NCBI GenBank assembly: GCA_014240165.1
Contig: JAAZXM010000013.1
Coordinates: forward strand, 10,647 to 74,646
Source: Myxococcales bacterium
GTDB taxonomy: Bacteria > Myxococcota_A > UBA9160 > UBA4427
Direction: 5' to 3'
DNA length: 64,000 nucleotides
Shown: positions 56,786 through 64,000 of the stretch, one piece after another
Layout: each line of letters begins with the position of its first letter
Numbering within the stretch: position 1 is the first letter of the stretch
Position numbers and translations under genes: made by a program
The notes under the pieces: generated by a model
What the model was told of the DNA's origin: nothing
Database searches by the model: none
What the model saw: the letters and a program-made list of their open reading frames with translations, nothing else

Positions 56786-56805
56786 GACTCATTTTGACCC
56801 TACGC

Positions 56806-57603
56806 TTATCGGGGTCGACTCTCCCCTTTTCCGGCTTGATCGTCTCCTTCCCGATCCGCCCGCATTCGACCCAACAAGATCTGCCTCTGAAAAACCACCT
56901 CAGCGACGATCCGGTCCAGGGCATAGAGAAGGCCGGCTCGGCCGTCCAGTATCCCTCGCCGCAGGATAAGCGATGCAAGGGCAGGCACCATGAACCAGAG
57001 AGGGAAATAGACCCGCATCCAATCGCGCCAAGTGAGTGGACCCTGCCGCGACTGGCGGGCCAGAGCCCGGCCATAGCGTGCCTGGCTCCCCAGAAAAGCT
57101 TCGTAGGGCTTTCGATCATCATGAATCAACTCGGGGTTGACGTCGCGAACCAGAACGTCGGACACCAATGTCTCACCATGACCAACTACAGTGAAGTAGT
57201 GGCGCCCGCCTCTAAACGCAAATGGTTTCGGGGGATAGAGGCTTGCGTAATTCAGGCGAAAGCCCTCCCAGACCATTCCAACCGGAGCGCGCACCACCTC
57301 ATAGTCCCCCCCGACAACAGCCTCTTTGACGGCTTCGGCGAGGTCCTGCGAGACGATGGCATCGGCGTCAACGATTACACACCAGGTATCCGCAGAGAGA
57401 CCTTCGGTAATGAAGTTGTAGGTCTGGCAATGATTTTCGTAGACGTGAGCTCTTACTTCAGCGCCCTCTTCCTCGGCGCGCTCGATCGTGCGATCCGTCG
57501 AACCGGAATCAAGCGCGACCACCGAATAACCCGCTGCTCGAAGGGCTCGGACGCAACGTCCAATATTGCTCTCTTCATTCTTGCAAATCACGTAGGCGTC
57601 CAT
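56806..57603 (-). CDS. Glycosyltransferase family 2
   Basis: YVICKNEESNIGRCVRAL...VVALDSGSTDRT...IVDADA (DxD). Confidence 0.85.
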   Translation of the reverse strand: MDAYVICKNEESNIGRCVRALRAAGYSVVALDSGSTDRTIERAEEEGAEVRAHVYENHCQTYNFITEGLSADTWCVIVDADAIVSQDLAEAVKEAVVGGDYEVVRAPVGMVWEGFRLNYASLYPPKPFAFRGGRHYFTVVGHGETLVSDVLVRDVNPELIHDDRKPYEAFLGSQARYGRALARQSRQGPLTWRDWMRVYFPLWFMVPALASLILRRGILDGRAGLLYALDRIVAEVVFQRQILLGRMRADREGDDQAGKGESRPR

Positions 57604-57692
57604 AAATGGCCGTCAGGAGCGTGAATTCCCGACGCCTCCTTCCCGTTAATCGGCCGATTGGCACGGCCAAACCCGCGACCCCTCGCGGAAAG

Positions 57693-58457
57693 CTACTTGG
57701 ACCCGCTCACGATATGAAACCACCCGATCGAATTCGGCACGAGGTGCCAGGTCCAGCGGGGAAGAAAATGGCGTCGCCCCAACCGCAGGTCGTAAGCCGT
57801 AATCCGCGTATCGACTTGAGCGGAATCAACTGGAAACAGGCTTCGGGCTTCCTCCGCACCATAAGCTTGCGTGCCCGGGCTTTCCATATTGTCGGCGATC
57901 ACCTTGCGCAGTGAAGTCATGGGCCTCGCCTTCAAAAGCGCGAACCGAATCCAGGTCTGCAACGCAACCAGTGAATACAGGTTGTAGACCATCACACAGA
58001 AGCGTCCACCAGGGCGCAAGACTCTCAAAATTTCGGCCGCTGCTCGCGGTACATCGGGTGTGTGGTGGATGACCCCCCAGGAATACACAAGGTCGAAAGA
58101 TGCGTCGGCGAATGGCAAGGCTTCGGCATCGGCAGTGCGAAGGTTCGAACTGAGCCCCTCTCCCGCGAGCCGACGACCCGTGAGTTCCACCGCAGCTTGG
58201 GTCAGATCGATTCCACTACAAACCGCCCCTGCTCGAGCAAAGCGGAGATGATCGGTCCCCGCGCCCACTCCGACTTCCAACAACTGCTTGCCCTGTGCCT
58301 CCTCAAAGCGCGCAAAGTCTGCAATGAAGGGTTCGCGTTCGTCCCTCATCCTTTCAAGTTCGAGATTTTGCTCCTCTTCCTCGAGATCTTCGGTATCACG
58401 GGTGCCGCAGGGAGCGGCATCCCAAAATTCTCGAACCTGTTCCTTCTCGGCCTGCAT
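57693..58457 (-). CDS. Class I SAM-dependent methyltransferase
   Basis: Motif I LLEVGVGAGTD, then DLVYSWGVIHHTPD (Methyltransf_11/25-like). Confidence 0.85.
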   Translation of the reverse strand: MQAEKEQVREFWDAAPCGTRDTEDLEEEEQNLELERMRDEREPFIADFARFEEAQGKQLLEVGVGAGTDHLRFARAGAVCSGIDLTQAAVELTGRRLAGEGLSSNLRTADAEALPFADASFDLVYSWGVIHHTPDVPRAAAEILRVLRPGGRFCVMVYNLYSLVALQTWIRFALLKARPMTSLRKVIADNMESPGTQAYGAEEARSLFPVDSAQVDTRITAYDLRLGRRHFLPRWTWHLVPNSIGWFHIVSGSK

Positions 58458-58613
58458 TCTCGATTCAATCTCCGATGAAATTGCTCTTTCGCATGACTAA
58501 GTCCTGGCCTGAATTTCCTCTTTGCCTCACTCAGACCTCGTTCGAAAGCTTGGGGCGAGTTGCGAACCCGGCCTGCTGCAAGTAAAAAGCCTCAAAATCC
58601 CAACGTTTGCATT

Positions 58614-59645
58614 TCAGAGCTTACCACCCTGTTCGATGAATTCTGCGACTAAGTTTCCCATCAAGTCGATTCCCGGCTGATGCAAATGGTCCGTTTCATC
58701 GATCAAGTCCTCTCGGCGCAATAAGAATTCGTTCACTGGATTAAGCACTCGAATACCCCGATCCACTAGATAGGCCTCGATCTGGTCGTGCAGATCGGCC
58801 AGGGCATACTCATCATCGATATAGGCAGCCCCAGCTGGCACAAGAACTACCGAGAAGGCGATCCCTTGGGAGCGCGTGTAGTCGATCATTCGGTCCAGGG
58901 ACGCGTAGCCATAAGCTTCGTTGCCATCGAAGAACCAGCGATACCAATCGGCGTCGCCCCATTGGCTGCCTTTGGCGTAGCGATAGATCGCCTTGCGAAT
59001 AAACCAGGGTGCGAGCAGGGAGGGCCGGTGATAAGTACGGTAGAGGCCATTGTCCGCCCCCTCGTAGATACTGTTACGCCTTGAATAGTCGTTGAGATTC
59101 AGCAGGTATACCGCGTCCGAAACATCGTAGATTTCATTCTTGACGCGAAGATTCTCCTCCACCTGAGCGAAGGCATAGCCCGGCACACCGAAATTCAGCA
59201 CCCGGACCGCATCCCCTTTCGCGTCCAGGTTGTCCTGGATACGTGCACCGAGGGTGTTTTCCTGGGATAGCCCCACAGCGAAGAGCACCGAGTCGCCCAG
59301 GAGGGCGATCCGCCGATGATGCGGGGCCAGTTCGTCGTCGGACTCACGAAGCCCATAGCGATTGATGTGGAGTTTCCGTCCCTCGTGCTCCAACTCGAAA
59401 TGAGGGCGCAGTTCATATCCGAGAACGGGGTTGTCGGATTTCTGGTAGAAATGAAGAGGCGCCAGCTTCGCCTTCTCCAACTCGGGGAAAACGACATAGG
59501 CGGCGTAGACTCTGCAGAGCAGTTCGAAACCCACCAGAGTCGCCATGATAAAAAAAACGGCACCCACGGAGCGAAAAAGGGCCCGGCGAAGCGGGGCAGG
59601 CTCAGCCATGAACATGGCCCCTTGACGCGGAAGCCCGGCACCCAC
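58614..59645 (-). CDS. SGNH/GDSL-like hydrolase with N-terminal TM anchor
   Basis: Block I IALLGDSVLFAVG, a TM helix near the N-terminus and a C-terminal DHLH-like block (ETDHLHQPG). Start uncertain (GTG 59645 or ATG at MFMAEP). Confidence 0.7.
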   Translation of the reverse strand: MGAGLPRQGAMFMAEPAPLRRALFRSVGAVFFIMATLVGFELLCRVYAAYVVFPELEKAKLAPLHFYQKSDNPVLGYELRPHFELEHEGRKLHINRYGLRESDDELAPHHRRIALLGDSVLFAVGLSQENTLGARIQDNLDAKGDAVRVLNFGVPGYAFAQVEENLRVKNEIYDVSDAVYLLNLNDYSRRNSIYEGADNGLYRTYHRPSLLAPWFIRKAIYRYAKGSQWGDADWYRWFFDGNEAYGYASLDRMIDYTRSQGIAFSVVLVPAGAAYIDDEYALADLHDQIEAYLVDRGIRVLNPVNEFLLRREDLIDETDHLHQPGIDLMGNLVAEFIEQGGKL

Positions 59646-59876
59646 TCAGCCCCACTGCCCGCCCGCTTTCTCGATCGACCTCATCGTTCTCGGTCCCCTT
59701 GGCGGGCGAGCGACCGCGAATAAATCGAAGGCCGTGATCCGAGGCGTTCCCGAGCCCAGGTCCAAGACGCTGCCCACCTGCAGCGCGCTTAATATATCGA
59801 GCATCGGCTCCGCCAGATAACCGCACGAATAATGGGGATCGGCCGGACTCCAGCCGTATCCATCGGGACTGCTCAT
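59646..59876 (-). pseudogene. Truncated N-terminal remnant of a class I SAM methyltransferase (76 codons)
   Basis: Contains motif I VLDLGSGT. It stops about 35 codons later, directly abutting the next gene start (TGA-GTG). It is far too short for a functional methyltransferase fold. Confidence 0.4.
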
Positions 59877-60251
59877 GCCGGCCAGGGATTCCCCCTGGCG
59901 ACACCCCGGGATTGGGCGCCATGGCGGGGCAGTATAGGGTCGAGGTCGCCTCCTTGCTCCGTCCGCGACAGACCCGAGGCGACCCCCGGCAAAACTACGC
60001 CCAACTTAGGATTCACCCCTGCTGATAAAAGTTTTCCACGCCAGCGGAAAAAATTTCGCGGTAATACTCGAACCACCGACTCCCGCCGAATTGACCTACG
60101 GCCGGAAGTCTCTGTTTTTATTAATGCTTATTCATTTCTGAAGCACAGACATCAGAATCCGGTTCTCGGCATATATATTGCTTAAATAATGTTCGGGAAG
60201 AAATTTCGTCGACCGCGAGGGAGCGCGGCCGACGCACAAGGAGATGGTTGG

Positions 60252-60914
60252 ATGCGATTCATGATTCGAACGGCCGGGTTCGCCCTGACCGTGTTGGCCG
60301 CCGCGACGTTCGCAACGGCGAGTTCCGCAGCGACGCTAACCCTGAGCGATGTCAGCAGTGACGCAACACCCGCAGCGGATCTATCGGGAACGATCACCCT
60401 GGACGTTCTGGGTGGTAATACACTCAGCCTGACCCTGCTAAATCAAACCTCCGCGCCCGACGCCTTCAACATGAATGGCGTGTGGTGGAACGGAGATGCT
60501 GGCGTCTCGGGGCTGAGCGTGACCAGCGCGACCCACTCGGCCAACGGGGACGTCCTGGCCGCGTGGACCCCGGTGGAAGCCGCCACCACTGCGAACGGCT
60601 TCGGTGCCTTTGATTTCGCGCTGACCGACGGCGTCGGGGCGGGCAACCCCAACCTGATCCAGCCGGGCGAATCCATCGTCTTTCTGATGACCATCACCGG
60701 CTCGTGTACGACGACCGCCTGTACCGCAGCGAATTTCGTGTTGGGAAATGGCTCGGGCTACCTGGCTGCCGCCAAATTCGTCAACGGCCCGGATGACCCC
60801 GAAAGTCCCGGCAACGAAGACAGCGCCTTTGGCGCCGTGATCCCGGAACCCACTACAGCGATGCTCTTGGGTACGGGCCTGCTGCTGCTGAGCTTGGGCC
60901 GACGCCAAGCCTGA
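60252..60914 (+). CDS. PEP-CTERM sorting domain-containing secreted protein
   Basis: Signal peptide MRFMIRTAGFALTVLAAATFATASSA. C-terminus VIPEPTTAMLLGTGLLLLSLGRRQA (PEP motif, TM helix, basic tail). AAGGAG 8 nt upstream of ATG 60252. Confidence 0.85.
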   Translation: MRFMIRTAGFALTVLAAATFATASSAATLTLSDVSSDATPAADLSGTITLDVLGGNTLSLTLLNQTSAPDAFNMNGVWWNGDAGVSGLSVTSATHSANGDVLAAWTPVEAATTANGFGAFDFALTDGVGAGNPNLIQPGESIVFLMTITGSCTTTACTAANFVLGNGSGYLAAAKFVNGPDDPESPGNEDSAFGAVIPEPTTAMLLGTGLLLLSLGRRQA

Positions 60915-61058
60915 ACCCGGTCGCTACAGCCACGAGTAGAAGCGATCCACCCCGGTCGAGAATCGGCGATCGCCGACCGGTCTCGGCTCCGGCTCCCCCG
61001 GTCCCAGTCAGGGACTGCTGGAGGCGCACGCGTCGGCTAGCCTGAGAGGGCTACCGGA

Positions 61059-61931
61059 TTGCGAATGCGCTTGGGGGGATTGACCATGGACGTGGACGCC
61101 GTTCGCGACAACAGCCAGGTCGTCGTCGACACCGCCGTCGCCGTGGTCTCCAATTGGGGGCTCCAGGTGATCGGCGCCGTGGCGCTCCTGATCGCCGGCC
61201 GCTGGGCAGCGTCGCTGATTTCGCGAACCGTTCGCCGGGGGCTTGAGGCTGCTGAGATCGATGTCCAACTGATACCCTTCTGCGCAAACGGGGCCTACTA
61301 CACCGTATTGGCCCTGGTGGTGGTGGCGGTCCTCCAGCTATTCGGGATCGAAACCACCTCGCTGGTGGCCATGATCGGCGCCGCTGGCCTCACCATCGGC
61401 CTCGCGCTGCAAGGAACGCTTTCCAGTTTTGCCGCCGGGGTGATGCTCTTGATCTTCCGGCCCTTCAAGGTCGGCGACTACGTCGAGGTGAGCGGATCCT
61501 CGGGCACGGTCAGCGAGATCGATCTCTTCACCACGACGCTCAACACCCCCCAAAACCTCCAGGTGCTGATTCCCAACGCAGCGGTTTACGGAAAGACCAT
61601 CACGAACTACAGCGCCAACGAGACACGCAGGGTCGATGTGGGCGTAGGTATCGGATACGAAGACGATATCGGCTCGGCGATGCGGATCATCGAAGAAATC
61701 ACCGCGGGCGACCCGCGCGTCCTGTCCGAACCCGCCAGCGCCATTCTCGTCAGCGAACTCGCCGATTCCTCGGTCAACCTGACCGTCCGCGCCTGGTGCG
61801 AAAGGACCGACTACGGGGCGCTCCGCTCGGACCTGCTGCGCACGCTGAAGGAAAAGCTCGAGGCCGGCGGCTGCTCGATCCCCTTCCCCCAGCAGGACGT
61901 GCGCATTGTTTCGAACACCGCGCCGAAATGA
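61059..61931 (+). CDS. mscS: Small-conductance mechanosensitive channel (MscS family)
   Basis: Three TM helices, then FRPFKVGDYVEVSGSSGTVSEIDLFTTTL and ITNYS. An alternative start is ATG about 61086. Confidence 0.88.
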   Translation: MRMRLGGLTMDVDAVRDNSQVVVDTAVAVVSNWGLQVIGAVALLIAGRWAASLISRTVRRGLEAAEIDVQLIPFCANGAYYTVLALVVVAVLQLFGIETTSLVAMIGAAGLTIGLALQGTLSSFAAGVMLLIFRPFKVGDYVEVSGSSGTVSEIDLFTTTLNTPQNLQVLIPNAAVYGKTITNYSANETRRVDVGVGIGYEDDIGSAMRIIEEITAGDPRVLSEPASAILVSELADSSVNLTVRAWCERTDYGALRSDLLRTLKEKLEAGGCSIPFPQQDVRIVSNTAPK

Positions 61932-62169
61932 GCGCCGACTTCGCCCGGAGAGAACGACGTCTTGAGCCTTTGACACCAACCGCCACCAGCAGCGAAAACA
62001 TGACGGGGGCTGAACCCGTGACAAGCCCAGGAAAAGCGACGATTAGATCGCCAGCGCGCTCAGCTTATGCTGGCGAGCCGGGGCAACGAAAGAGCCCTCA
62101 CCAGCCGTCCGCCAATAAGCACATCCAGATTGCCAAAGGAGCCCGAGCGGTGGAACCACAAACAGGCAA

Positions 62170-63117
62170 ATGAACTCATCATCGCACCTGAAACCGTCCC
62201 GATACGAGGCACTCAAGTGGTTCGCTTCGAAAGTCGAGTGGATTGAAAAATCCAATCGACCTGCATTCGGCCTTGGCCCAGCATACATGGTATGCATGGA
62301 AGACAGACTGGATCACGCTCGCCGATTCATCGAGGAAAACGGTATTGAGAACCAGGTCTCAATCATCAGGGCATTCACTCCAGATAGCCTCAACCTGCCT
62401 GAACTCGTCGAGCGCGGAATTATTTCTTCCGGGTTCATACAAGGTCGACACCGAGAAACGCGCATTCGCGAAATTTGCTGTTCCCTCGGGCACCTCGCTG
62501 CGACCCTGGACTCCCAACTCGCCGGATTCGACGTTCATATCCACCTTGAAGATGACAACGAAATCTACGACGACCGAGACGATATCAACTCCCTAATTCG
62601 CTCCGCAGCCTCCTTTGAGTGGCAACTACTTTACTTTTCATACAGTCACGCGGACATGCAAAGAAGCCAGAGGCTAGCCGAAGGCGTCTATCGAATCGTC
62701 GGCCAGCTGTGTACGAACGCCTACGCGGTCCGGTCTCAGGCACGAGACGCCATGCTCGACTCCTGGACCCCCATCAACAACGCGGTAGATCGCTACCTGC
62801 GCGATTTCGCCCAAAGAGAGGATCTCTTCGTGCTCGGAGCGGCCCGTCGGGTTCTCAACCAGGACCGATCCGTTTTCGGCTCAGCGATCGGAGCGAACCG
62901 AGAGTTTCCGCCGCCGCAATGGTCACCGCTCTTCCTCCAGAAACTTCTCTCCAGGCTTATTTCCATCACCAAGCTCGGAGGCCCAAGAGGGTATGGCGAG
63001 GTTATTTCTTTGATCGATCGGTATCGGTCTGGCGATAGAGGTAGTGCCGACAGCAGCGACCTGGCCCTGCGAATGTGGAAGCAGCTTGTGCGAGATCGCC
63101 CAACACCTCCTCTTTAA
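62170..63117 (+). CDS. Glycosyltransferase family 25-like protein
   Basis: Pattern AYMVCMEDRLDHARRF...CSLGHLA...IHLEDD...TNAYAVRSQARDAML resembles GT25 (LPS/LOS beta-1,4-galactosyltransferase family). Assignment is by eye only. Confidence 0.6.
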   Translation: MNSSSHLKPSRYEALKWFASKVEWIEKSNRPAFGLGPAYMVCMEDRLDHARRFIEENGIENQVSIIRAFTPDSLNLPELVERGIISSGFIQGRHRETRIREICCSLGHLAATLDSQLAGFDVHIHLEDDNEIYDDRDDINSLIRSAASFEWQLLYFSYSHADMQRSQRLAEGVYRIVGQLCTNAYAVRSQARDAMLDSWTPINNAVDRYLRDFAQREDLFVLGAARRVLNQDRSVFGSAIGANREFPPPQWSPLFLQKLLSRLISITKLGGPRGYGEVISLIDRYRSGDRGSADSSDLALRMWKQLVRDRPTPPL

Positions 63118-63259
63118 AACCTATACGCAGTTTCAGCACGGAGCCAGACCGAGAAACCTCGAAGTCAAAAGCTGCGCCGCCCGGCGAACGCCCTCCTCTA
63201 CTTTGCGGCTCCAAGAACAGCCGGAACCAACGTCCATCGTGTAATCGTTCAGAATTAAA

Positions 63260-64000
63260 ATGATGAACGGATCAAAGGTTTTGAGGGAGGATTCCCGAGC
63301 AATTGAAACATGGGTCAACATTCCCGACTTCCTGCGGACGCTACAGGGAGAGCGCGTCCTCTACGCCCCCAATCCGGGTAATGGTGGGGATGCCCTGATC
63401 GTGGAAGCCACCTACCAGCTCTTTAAACGAATAGGGATCGAACTCGAGCCTTGGCAGGATGACTCGAACCCCGAAGGTGCAGTTATTCTTGCGAGCGGAG
63501 GTGGAAACTTAGTGCCCTACTACCATGACATGGCCACGTAGGTGCAATAAAAGCATAGGGATGCGAAACGCCTGATTATATTGCCCCATACAATTTGGGG
63601 GCATGAAGAACGACTCGCCGAACTGGGACCAAACGTTGATCTCTATCTGCCGAGAACCAAAGAGCTACGCGCATGCGAACCGATTCGCGCGAGGAGCCAA
63701 TGTCCACCTCGCCACCGATATGGCGCTCAAACTGGACACCCGCAGCATCCTTGAGGGAAACCCGAGTCCGCTCGAATAAGTCTTCAAGCAAGAGCGCCTG
63801 AAACGCGAGGCCCACCGGTTCCGCCTGCATCGCGAACACCGCAGCAGACTGGCCGAGCTGCGGGTTCGTCTCGGGCTGGACCAGAACCGGGTGTCCTACT
63901 GCTTTCGAAAGGACTCTGAAAAACAAACGAGCCCCGTCCGATGCGAAATTTCGACCTTTCCCATCAAGTGCCCCGAGATAACAGCATGAGAGATCGTGCG
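63260..64000 (+). pseudogene. Disrupted polysaccharide pyruvyl transferase-like gene (in-frame TAG and TAA, then at least one frameshift)
   Basis: N-terminus YAPNPGNGGDALIVEATYQLF fits the PS_pyruv_trans motif. After TAG (63539) and TAA (63548) the same frame continues as KRLIILPHTIWGHEERLAELGPNVDLY. A shifted frame then gives ICREPKSYAHANRFARGANVHLATDMALKLD. Further fragments run to the window end. Confidence 0.55.

Noticed and set aside
63576-63926. 116-aa minus-strand ORF
   Set aside because: It lies antisense to the pyruvyl-transferase pseudogene fragments and has no recognisable features.
1-64000. Mobile elements, prophage or defence islands
   Set aside because: Reading all substantial ORFs, I recognised no transposase, integrase, recombinase, phage structural, restriction-modification, toxin-antitoxin or Cas-like proteins.

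Overview
High-GC (by eye >60%) bacterial chromosomal segment, densely coding. No rRNA, CRISPR array, transposase or integrase was recognised. The Myxococcus-type Cys-rich repeats, FG-GAP proteins and a PEP-CTERM protein hint at a Myxococcota/Deltaproteobacteria-like or Binatota-like lineage, but this is a guess.

Layout:
(a) 1-9.1 kb: CoA-dependent catabolic cluster. It holds a hydantoinase-B fragment, two amidohydrolase_2 proteins, a KshA-like Rieske oxygenase, an acyl-CoA ligase, a thiolase-fold protein, a crotonase and a SnoaL-like protein.
(b) 9.1-13.4 kb: hybrid sensor kinase, a membrane-anchored unknown protein, a 0.7-kb noncoding AT-rich gap and tRNA-Gly(GCC).
(c) 13.5-42.5 kb: mostly housekeeping. 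Genes include a nucleotide-sugar dehydrogenase, pgsA, nadB, purF/purC, cdsA, dut, pnp, rpsO, truB, rbfA, DUF503, infB, nusA, rimP, pyrK-pyrD, ruvCAB and yebC. A trypsin-like protease, a TauE permease, an SDR, a GS-like ligase and a secreted FG-GAP protein are interspersed.
(d) 42.8-55.1 kb: accessory block. It holds a DUF35+thiolase pair, DUF3604, a 1253-aa FG-GAP/PKD/Cys-repeat surface protein, a CitE-lyase::MaoC-hydratase fusion and a Tat-exported multicopper oxidase.
(e) 55.4-64 kb: visibly lower-GC envelope/exopolysaccharide block. It holds MFS, GT2, a methyltransferase, an SGNH hydrolase, a PEP-CTERM protein, MscS, a GT25-like protein and two decayed genes.

I see no clear-cut novel multi-gene system. 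The most unexplained signals are:
- two long structured noncoding regions ending in strong intrinsic terminators (12.6-13.3 kb and 35.4-36.0 kb);
- the lyase-hydratase fusion;
- the DUF3604/giant adhesin pair.

Many long ORFs in the track are antisense shadows typical of high-GC DNA and were rejected.
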